In this document: in pieces, positions 44,762 through 52,987 of the stretch
Position numbering within the stretch: the stretch's first letter is position 1
How the letters are laid out: each line of letters opens with the position of its first letter
NCBI GenBank assembly: GCA_007121015.1
Contig: SKMN01000028.1
Span: 23,653-87,652 of the forward strand
DNA: 64,000 nt
Source: Coriobacteriia bacterium
GTDB lineage: Bacteria; Actinomycetota; Coriobacteriia; Anaerosomatales; SLCP01
Direction: 5' to 3'
Made by a program: the position numbers and the translations under genes
Notes under the pieces: model-generated
The model's database searches: none
Told to the model about the DNA's origin: nothing
Seen by the model: only the letters and a program-made list of their open reading frames with translations

Positions 44762-47700
44762 GCGGAGGACAGCGGAGGGCGGTCGAGCATCGCTCGGGAA
44801 GGTTGCTCATCACCGCCGGTGCCGGCTCGGGCAAGACACGGACGCTCGCAGAACGGTTCGCAGCGTACGTGGCGCACGACGTATCAAGGGGCGCAGGCGA
44901 GCGGGTCGACTCGGTACTGACCATCACGTACACCACGAAGGCGGCCGCGGAGCTCGCCGAGCGAGTGCGTGGGGCGCTCCGGGCGCGGGGACTCGAGCGA
45001 GAAGCCCGTAGGATCGATGGTGCATGGATCTCGACGATCCACACGCTGTGCTCTCGCATCCTGCGCCGGGAGGCGCTTGCGGCCGGTATCGACCCGGCGT
45101 TCACCGTGGCCAACGACGTACAGGGCGCGGAGCTGGCGGCGTCGGCGTTCCAGTCGGCTGCTGGGGCGGCGATCCGCGACGACGACCCAGATGTCGTGCG
45201 CCTTCTCGAGGTGTATCGGTACGACGACGTACGTGCCGCGACCGTGAGCCTTGTCGCCTTGCTGCGCTCACGGGGCCTCTTACCAGCAGACGTCTCGCTC
45301 GAGTCGACTACTGACGTGTGGACGCTGCGTGCCCGCGGCGCGGCTTTCCTCGAAGAGATCTCCGCCGAGTTAGCCCTACATGCGCACGCGAGCAAGGTCG
45401 CAGAGGCTCACCGGGCCGCGTGCGAGGCGCTCCGCGGTCGCATCGAAGCGATCGATGACTCGCTGCCCGAGGAGGACGCAGCGGAGCACCTGTGGCGTGC
45501 GCTCGTCGACTACGGAGCCGCAGACAGGACGGCCAAAGCGATAGGGGAGACGGTCGAGCGCCTTCGCGACACGCGAGCGGACCTGATCGATGCAAGCCTC
45601 GCCATAGTGACAAGACCGCTCGCATCCGGCTTGCGCGCACTTGCGGAGCTGTACCTCGCTTCCTACGAGGATGCCAAGAAGAGCCGGGGAATCGTGGACT
45701 TCGACGACATGATCGCGCTGACCGCCCGCCTTTTCGAGCGGCGTCCGGACATCGCGCAGGTGTATCGAGAGCGGTTCGACGCAGTGATGGTCGACGAGTT
45801 CCAGGACACCGACGCGCTGCAGCTGGCGCTCATCGAGACCATCGGTGCACCGGATCTTGCCACGGTCGGCGATGCGCGGCAGTCGATCTACTCGTTTCGC
45901 GGAGCCGACATCGAGGTGTACCGGAACCACCGGAAGCACATGCACGACGAGGGAGCCACGGAGGTCGCGCTCGACGAGAACTACCGGTCCCACGCGGACA
46001 TCATCGCATTCGTGAACGAGACGTTCGGTTCGCGCATGCTGTTCGGTTCGCGCGACAACGAGTTGCACTCGGCTCGCCCGGAGCCCGACCCCTCCCGGAT
46101 GCCTCAGGACCAGCCGCGTGTCGAGATCGCTCTCGTAGACACGTCAGACGGCGCCAAGCGCTGCGACTCCGTCGAGGAGGAGGCCGCGCTCGTCGCCGAG
46201 AGGTTCGCACAGCTCCGCGAACACGGTTTCGACCCGTCCGAGATGGCCGTTCTCCTCAGGAGATATCAGGAGGCGACCCCCTTCGCTGATGAGCTGGAGC
46301 AGCGAGGACTTCCCGCCACCATCGTGGGCGGAGACCGCTTCTTCTCCCTGCCCGTGGTGGCCGAGTTGCGAGCGCTATGCGCAGTCATGGCCAACCCTCT
46401 TGACGACCACGCACTCGTGCAGTTGCTCGTTTCCACCATGGGCGGGCTTACCGGGACGGACCTGTGGCGTCTGGTCGCCGAGGCGCACGGTCGGCCACGA
46501 ACGGAGCCCCTGTTCGAGCGTCTCCGCGACGCGCAGCGGACGATCGGCGGCGCCACTGGTGAGCGAGCCGCTCACCTCGCGGCATGCATCGAGCGGGGTG
46601 TGCAGCGATCCGGTGGAGAGGGCCTCTCGCCCGCCTTGATGACGGTCGTCCGGGAGATCGGATACGACGTGTACCTGGCGGAGCGGGGAGCCGAGGGGCG
46701 ACTTGCCTGGGCGAACACGCTGAAGCTCATCGGCAAGGCCGCGCAGTTCGAGCGGAGCGGAGGCGCTGGAGCAGCCGCCTTCGTCGCCGCGCTCGACGCC
46801 GAGCGGGCTGCCGGTAGCTACGAGAGTCCGGCGTCGAGCGTGGCGGAAGGCGGGGGGTCTGTGACGATCATGAGCGTCCATGCCGCCAAGGGGCTCGAAT
46901 TCCCGGTGGTCGCCGTCCCCGGTCTCGGGCAGCGCGTGACCCGCAGTGCGCGCGACTTCTGGCGCCTGTCCTCGAAGCAGGACGGGTCGCGGCTCGTCGT
47001 GCGCCTTCCGAGCTCGTGGTCCCCTCGGTCCGACGAGCGAGCCCGGTCTGCTACGAAGCCGAGCTTGTTCGAGCGAGTCGATCGCGAGATGGCCGAGGCC
47101 CAGTCAGAGGAGGCGAAACGCCTGCTGTACGTTGCATGCACCCGCGCCGAGGACGTACTCGTCCTCGTCGGCTCGGAGAAGTGCGACAAGCTCGACGACG
47201 CGGCACGAGACACGCCGCTCGGCTGGCTCGTGGCCGCGTACGCTCCCGCACTCGGAGATGCGCTGTCCGGGGAGGGGGAGTCCCGGGTACGCCTCGGTGA
47301 GATCGACGTGCGCGTCGAGGTACGCAAGGGCGTCGGCGACCGTGTGGCCGAGGGTGGCGAGTGTACGGACGACTTTCCCCAGCAGGGGTCGCTCGCGACG
47401 TCGCCACCACCTCTGGCGGCATCGAACAGCTCGGTCCGCAACGAACCGCTGGGTCCGGTACGGCCCGGACGGGTCTCCTACAGCGATCTGGCGCTGTACG
47501 AGCGGTGCACGCTCCGGTACTGGGCAGAGCGGGTCGCGCGGATGCGAAAGATCGAACTCCCGGGCTCACGCAGCGCCACAGCGTTCGGGTCCGCCCTGCA
47601 CGCGGTGTTGCAGCGGGCAGGCGACCCTTCTTGCGAGATACCGGCTGAGTGGATCGAATCGGTAGCGGATGCGTTCGGGTTGCCAGTCGACGAGCGTGAG

Positions 47701-48246
47701 CGGCTTGCCCAGACAATCGCGCGCTACCGGGCGTCGGATGTCGCACGACACGTCGCCGCCTTCCCACTCGTGAAGGCCGAGTACCCTTTCTCCATCCGCG
47801 TTGGTGGGGAGGGTGGTCCCGTGCTCGTCGGATCGATAGACCTGTACGCACGCGACGGTGCGACTGCCTGCATCGTCGACTACAAGAGCGGCCGTTCCGG
47901 GGAACACGCCGAGCTGACCGAGCGCTACCGCTTGCAGGCACAGTGCTATGCGCTCGCGGCGCTATATGAAGGAGCTGGATCGGTGAGCGTACGGTTCGTA
48001 AGGCCCGAGGTGGCCGGACCCGGAGGCGTGCTCGAAGAGGTCGAGTTCGAGTTCGAGCGGCGCGAGTGCGAAGCGATGGAACAGGAGGTCCTCGGCATCT
48101 GGACGCGGATGGGTGCTGAGCCGTACGCACCCCTCGGTGCTTCGTGCGACGACGCGTGCAGGGGGTGCTCGGCGAGCGGGTCGGTGTGCACCCTTACGCC
48201 GAGGGGGCGGCGCCACGCCCGGAAGACGACGCGTGGCGCTGGGTGA
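44746..48246 (+). CDS. addA: AddA-type UvrD/Rep-family helicase-nuclease subunit
   Basis: ATG 44746 after GAGGAGG gives MGAKLSGGQRRAVEHRSGRLLITAGAGSGKTRTLAERF…; motifs …MVDEFQDTD…, …GDARQSIYSFRGA…, …LDENYRS…, …SVHAAKGLEFPVV…, …LLYVACTRAE…. C-terminal nuclease …GSIDLYARDG…CIVDYKSG…QAQCYALA…. It overlaps the addB end by 16 nt. Confidence 0.85.
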   Translation: MGAKLSGGQRRAVEHRSGRLLITAGAGSGKTRTLAERFAAYVAHDVSRGAGERVDSVLTITYTTKAAAELAERVRGALRARGLEREARRIDGAWISTIHTLCSRILRREALAAGIDPAFTVANDVQGAELAASAFQSAAGAAIRDDDPDVVRLLEVYRYDDVRAATVSLVALLRSRGLLPADVSLESTTDVWTLRARGAAFLEEISAELALHAHASKVAEAHRAACEALRGRIEAIDDSLPEEDAAEHLWRALVDYGAADRTAKAIGETVERLRDTRADLIDASLAIVTRPLASGLRALAELYLASYEDAKKSRGIVDFDDMIALTARLFERRPDIAQVYRERFDAVMVDEFQDTDALQLALIETIGAPDLATVGDARQSIYSFRGADIEVYRNHRKHMHDEGATEVALDENYRSHADIIAFVNETFGSRMLFGSRDNELHSARPEPDPSRMPQDQPRVEIALVDTSDGAKRCDSVEEEAALVAERFAQLREHGFDPSEMAVLLRRYQEATPFADELEQRGLPATIVGGDRFFSLPVVAELRALCAVMANPLDDHALVQLLVSTMGGLTGTDLWRLVAEAHGRPRTEPLFERLRDAQRTIGGATGERAAHLAACIERGVQRSGGEGLSPALMTVVREIGYDVYLAERGAEGRLAWANTLKLIGKAAQFERSGGAGAAAFVAALDAERAAGSYESPASSVAEGGGSVTIMSVHAAKGLEFPVVAVPGLGQRVTRSARDFWRLSSKQDGSRLVVRLPSSWSPRSDERARSATKPSLFERVDREMAEAQSEEAKRLLYVACTRAEDVLVLVGSEKCDKLDDAARDTPLGWLVAAYAPALGDALSGEGESRVRLGEIDVRVEVRKGVGDRVAEGGECTDDFPQQGSLATSPPPLAASNSSVRNEPLGPVRPGRVSYSDLALYERCTLRYWAERVARMRKIELPGSRSATAFGSALHAVLQRAGDPSCEIPAEWIESVADAFGLPVDERERLAQTIARYRASDVARHVAAFPLVKAEYPFSIRVGGEGGPVLVGSIDLYARDGATACIVDYKSGRSGEHAELTERYRLQAQCYALAALYEGAGSVSVRFVRPEVAGPGGVLEEVEFEFERRECEAMEQEVLGIWTRMGAEPYAPLGASCDDACRGCSASGSVCTLTPRGRRHARKTTRGAG

Positions 48247-49312
48247 GTTGCCCGCACGCGGCTTCTATGTCGCTGCCCCGCTCGCTGCGTATCGACACCT
48301 CGGTCCCTGATCGCTGGAGCTCGATGACGAACTCTTTCGCACGATCGAGCGGGGGACGGTCGAACGGAACGTTCGTGCTCGGGTTCACGGGGATGAGGTT
48401 GACGTGGCACAGGAGCCCTCGGCAGAACTCGACGAGTGCGTCGAGTTCATCTGGCGAGTCGTTCACCCCTGCGACGAGCGCGTACTCGAGGCTCGGCCGC
48501 CGACCGGTCTTGCCGGTATAGCGAACGAGCGCCTCGCGGAGGCGGGGGAGTGACTGGTTCCGCATCGCGGGGACGAGCCGGTCCCGGGTGGCCTGCCGAG
48601 CCGAGTGCAGCGAGACGGCGAGCGTGAACTGTTCGGGCTCGGACGCCAAGCGGTCGATGCCGCCGATGATCCCGCACGTCGAGATGGTCAGGTGGCGAGC
48701 GCCGATGCCGAGAGCGTCGGGGTCGTTCATGAGCCGCAAGCCGCCGAGTGACGCCTCGTAGGCGGCGAACGGCTCCCCCTGGCCCATGGCGACGGCATTG
48801 GTGACGCGCTGCCCGAAGTCGGCACCGACGAGCATCACCTGTTGCGCCATCTCGCCCGGGCCGAGGTCACGCACGAACCCGCCCTCGCCGGTCGCGCAGA
48901 ACGCACACCCCATCGCGCAGCCCGCCTGGGTGGAGAAGCACACCGTCAGGCGGTCGCCAGCCGGCAGCCCCACGCTCTCGACGGTCACTCCGTCGCTAAG
49001 GCGCCACAGGTAGCGGCGGGTGCCGTCGAGAGCGGAGACGAGCCGTTCCTCGAGCTCGGGGACGTGCAGCGGTACTCGCGATGCCAGCTCCTGCCTCAAG
49101 GCGGCAGGCAGGTCGGTCATCTGTTCGTACGAGGTCGCTCCCCGTTGGTACGTCCACCGCAGTATCTGGCCGCAGCGGTAGGGCGGAATCTCCTCCGTCG
49201 CAAGCCACCGCTCGAGGGCGGTGCGGTCGAACGCGGTGAGCGGCGCGTCGTTCGGTGCGGGCGTGTTGCCCGACTCACCCGAGGTCTTCGAGAGCCTTCC
49301 GGTACTCCTCAC
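48194..49312 (-). CDS. rlmN: 23S rRNA/tRNA (adenine-C2)-methyltransferase RlmN (radical SAM)
   Basis: …PPYRCGQILRWTYQRGATSYEQMTDLP…CFSTQAGCAMGCAFCATGEGGF… (CxxxCxxC), …HLTISTCG…AVSLHSA…EYALVAGVNDS…NLIPVNP…ACGQL. GTG 49312 is the only in-frame start upstream of the conserved N-terminus. Confidence 0.9.
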   Translation of the reverse strand: MRSTGRLSKTSGESGNTPAPNDAPLTAFDRTALERWLATEEIPPYRCGQILRWTYQRGATSYEQMTDLPAALRQELASRVPLHVPELEERLVSALDGTRRYLWRLSDGVTVESVGLPAGDRLTVCFSTQAGCAMGCAFCATGEGGFVRDLGPGEMAQQVMLVGADFGQRVTNAVAMGQGEPFAAYEASLGGLRLMNDPDALGIGARHLTISTCGIIGGIDRLASEPEQFTLAVSLHSARQATRDRLVPAMRNQSLPRLREALVRYTGKTGRRPSLEYALVAGVNDSPDELDALVEFCRGLLCHVNLIPVNPSTNVPFDRPPLDRAKEFVIELQRSGTEVSIRSERGSDIEAACGQLTQRHASSSGRGAAPSA

Positions 49313-49781
49313 GGTGCTCCTTCTCGAACTTGCCTACTGAGCGGAAGTAGAAAGCGATGTGGTCGAATCCCTCGCGCTTTGCGGTCTCCGCGAAGGAGGG
49401 ATACATGTCCTGGGACTCGTAGTCCTCCCCGGACGCGGCGGTCTCGAGGTTCGCCTTGGTCTCACCGAAGCCTCCCATATAGGCGAGGTGGCCGAGCGCG
49501 TGCGCGGTCTCTTCCCTGGCAGCTCTGTCGAACGCGTCGAGGACCGATTGCGGCGCGCCTTCGAGCTCGGCGATCCGCCGGAACAGAGTGTACATCCGAT
49601 TCGCCTGCGACTCTCCAGCGAAGGCCGCTTTGAGGTTCTCGAGCGTCTCGGTCCCGGTGAGGTCCGGCAGCTCCTCTTGCGGCACGAACATGCTCTGGGG
49701 CGCGCCGCAGACCGGGCATATCTCGGGAGCGGGACCGACATGCAGGTAGCCACAACCTTTGCAGCGGTATATCTCGGTCAT
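49275..49781 (-). CDS. rbr: Reverse rubrerythrin (N-terminal rubredoxin-like Cys4 + C-terminal ferritin-like diiron domain)
   Basis: ATG 49781 after GAGAGGAG gives MTEIYRCKGCGYLHVGPAPEICPVCGAPQSMF… (CxxC…CxxC), then …NLKAAFAGESQANRMY…REETAHALGH…EDYESQDMYPSFAETA…EKEHREEY… (ExxH diiron ligands). Confidence 0.88.
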   Translation of the reverse strand: MTEIYRCKGCGYLHVGPAPEICPVCGAPQSMFVPQEELPDLTGTETLENLKAAFAGESQANRMYTLFRRIAELEGAPQSVLDAFDRAAREETAHALGHLAYMGGFGETKANLETAASGEDYESQDMYPSFAETAKREGFDHIAFYFRSVGKFEKEHREEYRKALEDLG

Positions 49782-50017
49782 CGTCTGGCTCCTCTCTAAG
49801 TGGCCCGCACGCGTGGACGGGCCGGAGGCGGATTCCGCGTACGGGGTGTATATCCCACTGCGGGCGCGCTTCGACATGCGATAATCGAAGTGATTCGTTG
49901 GCCGCATGCGATGCGAGCAGAGCGGTCGCGCCGGTTGGGTACGAACACGATAGTCGGCACGCACACGGTGACCCGTAGTGCGGCGCTCCTCGGCGGGCGC
50001 TGAAGAAAGGGGCAGAG

Positions 50018-51379
50018 ATGGGAGTCAAGAGGTCGATCGCGGTCGTCGGGGCCTGGGCGGCGATGTTGGGATTCGCGGCCTCGGCATTCGCAATCGAGCT
50101 TCCCTCGGTGCCTCCCGGCGTGTTCGAGACTTCGGCGGGGTGCGGGTGTCACGGTGAGTTCCGAGACCAGTGGTCGCGGACGATGCACTCGCAGGCGATC
50201 AGCGACCCCTTATATCAGTACAAGCTCGCCAAGGGCAACGAGGAGACCGATGGTGCGATCGGCGACTTCTGCGAGACGTGCCACTCGCCGGCCGCTGCGA
50301 TGTGGGGTGAGTTGGGTCGCGATCCTTCAGACTTCTCACCGGCGGCGGCCGAAGGCGTGACGTGCGACGTCTGCCACCAGATCACGGGGCACACGGAGCC
50401 CGTGGGCAACGTGTCGCTCGAGTGGACGCCGGACGGCACGAAGCGGGGTGGCCTTATGGACTCCTTCTCCCCCGTGCACGCGACAGAGTTCTCTCCTGTC
50501 CACACGAGTGCGGAGTTCTGTGGTTCGTGCCATCAGGTCATCCACCCGGTTAACGACCTCGTGCTTGAAGGAACGTACACCGAGTGGAAGGAAAGCCCCT
50601 ACGCAGACGAAGGCATCGTCTGCCAGGACTGCCACATGACTCCCGGCCCCGGTGTCACGAAGCCCAATCCGGGCAGGGTAGGATCGGGTGCCCCCGAGCG
50701 CGAGCACATCTACATCATGACGTTCGCCGGCGGGAACGTGGCTCTCGGCGACGCGGAGCTGGCCGAGGAGCGCCTCCAGGCCGCGGCCGAGATGGAGGTC
50801 CTCGCACCAGACGTCGTAGCTCCCGGCGAAGCGGCCTCTGTCGGGGTCCGCATCACCAACGTCGGTGCGGGCCACTACCTGCCGACCGGCCTCACCGACG
50901 TGAGACGCATGTGGGTCGAGCTCGTCGCCACGGGGCCGGACGGCGAGTCCTACGAGATCGGACGCCGCGAGTTCCACACCGTGTTCCACGACGCCGAGGG
51001 CAACGCGCCCGCAGAGATCTGGTTCGCCGAGGGCGTAGAGAGCGACGACCGCATCCCGCCGCGGGAGTCGGTCGAGGAGATGTGGGACGTGACGATGCCG
51101 AGCGGGCCACTCGAGCTGAACGCGACCCTCTACTACCGCTCCGCTCCCGAGGAGATGGCCGAGGCCGCAGGGGTCGACGTCCCCACGACTACCATGACAC
51201 AGACGTCTGCCACCGTGTTCACGAGCGCCGAAGAGGCGGCCGAGAACGCGCGACCCGGAGCACCTGCCGAGGAAGTCGCCGAGGGTCTCGCGCCACTTCT
51301 GCTCGTGACCGTCTTCGTGATCCTTGCCGCCATCGCGGGGGTCGGCGCTTACTTCATCATGAAAGCACGACGCTCGTAG
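50018..51379 (+). CDS. Multihaem c-type cytochrome with signal peptide and C-terminal membrane anchor
   Basis: Signal-like N-terminus MGVKRSIAVVGAWAAMLGFAASAFA. Four canonical CxxCH sites (CETCH, CDVCH, CGSCH, CQDCH) plus an atypical CGCH. A beta-rich domain follows, then the hydrophobic tail LAPLLLVTVFVILAAIAGVGAYFIMKARRS. Confidence 0.85.
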   Translation: MGVKRSIAVVGAWAAMLGFAASAFAIELPSVPPGVFETSAGCGCHGEFRDQWSRTMHSQAISDPLYQYKLAKGNEETDGAIGDFCETCHSPAAAMWGELGRDPSDFSPAAAEGVTCDVCHQITGHTEPVGNVSLEWTPDGTKRGGLMDSFSPVHATEFSPVHTSAEFCGSCHQVIHPVNDLVLEGTYTEWKESPYADEGIVCQDCHMTPGPGVTKPNPGRVGSGAPEREHIYIMTFAGGNVALGDAELAEERLQAAAEMEVLAPDVVAPGEAASVGVRITNVGAGHYLPTGLTDVRRMWVELVATGPDGESYEIGRREFHTVFHDAEGNAPAEIWFAEGVESDDRIPPRESVEEMWDVTMPSGPLELNATLYYRSAPEEMAEAAGVDVPTTTMTQTSATVFTSAEEAAENARPGAPAEEVAEGLAPLLLVTVFVILAAIAGVGAYFIMKARRS

Positions 51380-51385
51380 GGCGAG

Positions 51386-51423
51386 AGAGCCCCGCGCTAC
51401 TCGAGTGAGTGGCGCGGGGCTCT
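51386..51423. terminator. Bidirectional GC-rich hairpin between convergent cytochrome and htrA genes
   Basis: AGAGCCCCGCGC / GCGCGGGGCTCT form a perfect 12-bp stem with a 14-nt loop, 7 nt after the cytochrome stop and 24 nt after the htrA stop. No U-tract. Confidence 0.5.
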
Positions 51424-51446
51424 GGTTCACGGGGACGGGTGCCGTG

Positions 51447-52838
51447 TCAGTCCATCCCGGGACTATCCGGGATATCCGGCATCTCGGGGGGCATCTCCGG
51501 TACGGGCGGCATCTCGGGCTGCGGAATCTCGAGGTCGTCGGGCTTGACGCCCACCTCCATCTCGAGTTCCATCCGCTCGCCGTCGCGCCAGACCTCGAGC
51601 GTCACGACATCACCGATCTCGTGTCGGCGCACCTCTAAGATCAGGTCGTCCATGGTGAAGATCGGCACGCCGTCCAGCGCAACGATGACGTCACCGGGCA
51701 CGAGGCCGGCCTCGGCGGCCTTGCCGCCCTCGACCAGGTCGACGACGTAGGCGCCTTCCTCGACAGGAAGCCCCTCGGCCTCGGCGAAGCCGGGTGTCAC
51801 GGTCTGACCGACGATGCCGAGGAAGGGATGCTCGGCCACACCGGTCTCGATGAGGGCCTCGGCGATGCGCACCGCGGTGTTGACGGGAACCGCGAAACCG
51901 ATCCCGCCGGATACGCCGGTCTCCGACACGATGGCGGTGTTGATGCCGACGAGCCTCCCCTCACGGTCGACGAGGGCACCTCCCGAGTTGCCGGGATTGA
52001 TGGCGGCATCGGTCTGGATGACGTCTACGAGCGGGTATACGCCGCGCTGTCCGGTGCCGGTGGTGACCGCGCGGCCGATCGCCGAAACCACGCCCGACGT
52101 CACGGTATGCTGGAGGCCGAACGGCGATCCGATGGCGGTGACGAGCTGGCCGACCTCGAGCATGTCGGAATCGCCGATCGAGATGGCGGGGAAGTCGACG
52201 TCCACTCTCACTACGGCGATGTCGGTCTCGGCGTCAGCGCCGACCACGGTGGCCTCATGGCGCTCCCGGTCTGCGCCTCTCACGATGACCGCTTCAGCGG
52301 TGGCGACCACGTGTGCGTTCGTGATTATGTACGTGCCGCCTTCGGGGGCGGCCATGAACGCCACGCCCGAACCGCTGACCTGGCGGGGTACACCGGGATG
52401 GCCTTCGGGGAGAGGGTCCTCGGTTGCCGGGTGGGTCGCGCCGCGCACCTCAACGGTGACGACGCTCGGCACGGCCGCTGCCGCAGCGGCGACCACCGGT
52501 TCGTCAGTCTCGGCAGGCACGACCCGTACCGTACCGGGCTCTCCGACCGTCGTGCCCCGAAGTGCGACCCACGCGCCGGCGAACCCGCCAAAACCGCCGG
52601 CGAACGCGCCGGCGAACAGGGAGACGGCGAGCGCGATGGCGACCACCGCGCCTGCCGAGATACCTTTACGGTCGGGCTGTTCGGGCTCGTGGATGGGTCG
52701 GCTGGACGCCTGGGGAGGCACAGGCGGTGTTGCGAGCGGCGGAGCTTCCGAGGGAGGCTCGGGGGGAGAGGTATGGCCGCCGGGGTCGGGACGTCCGGCA
52801 GAAGGGGTATCCTGGTCGGCAGACGTGTCATCGTACAT
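51447..52838 (-). CDS. htrA: HtrA/DegP-family trypsin-like serine protease with PDZ domain
   Basis: Pro-rich N-terminus, a TM helix, then …YIITNAHVV…, …DIAVVRV…, …TDAAINPGNSGGALVD… (catalytic Ser), and a PDZ domain (…GLVPGDVIVALDGVPI…). ATG 52838 after GAGGTGG. The C-terminal tail has EMPP-type repeats. Confidence 0.9.
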   Translation of the reverse strand: MYDDTSADQDTPSAGRPDPGGHTSPPEPPSEAPPLATPPVPPQASSRPIHEPEQPDRKGISAGAVVAIALAVSLFAGAFAGGFGGFAGAWVALRGTTVGEPGTVRVVPAETDEPVVAAAAAAVPSVVTVEVRGATHPATEDPLPEGHPGVPRQVSGSGVAFMAAPEGGTYIITNAHVVATAEAVIVRGADRERHEATVVGADAETDIAVVRVDVDFPAISIGDSDMLEVGQLVTAIGSPFGLQHTVTSGVVSAIGRAVTTGTGQRGVYPLVDVIQTDAAINPGNSGGALVDREGRLVGINTAIVSETGVSGGIGFAVPVNTAVRIAEALIETGVAEHPFLGIVGQTVTPGFAEAEGLPVEEGAYVVDLVEGGKAAEAGLVPGDVIVALDGVPIFTMDDLILEVRRHEIGDVVTLEVWRDGERMELEMEVGVKPDDLEIPQPEMPPVPEMPPEMPDIPDSPGMD

Positions 52839-52987
52839 GTTCCACCTCGTGTCGTAGGCTACTTCTGTGCAGCGCACTCGCAGATACTATGCCCAGCCGA
52901 CAGGATGTAGCACCAAACGGCACGAAAGCGCATCAAAGTACCATATCCCGGGGACACGAGACCGGGTGCCACGAGATTGGACAGTGG

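Noticed and set aside
50141-50152. Counting CGCH as a fifth haem-binding site of the cytochrome
   Set aside because: Only one residue separates the two Cys. Recognised covalent haem motifs are CxxCH, CxxCK and longer spacings. It is reported as an oddity but not counted as a haem site.
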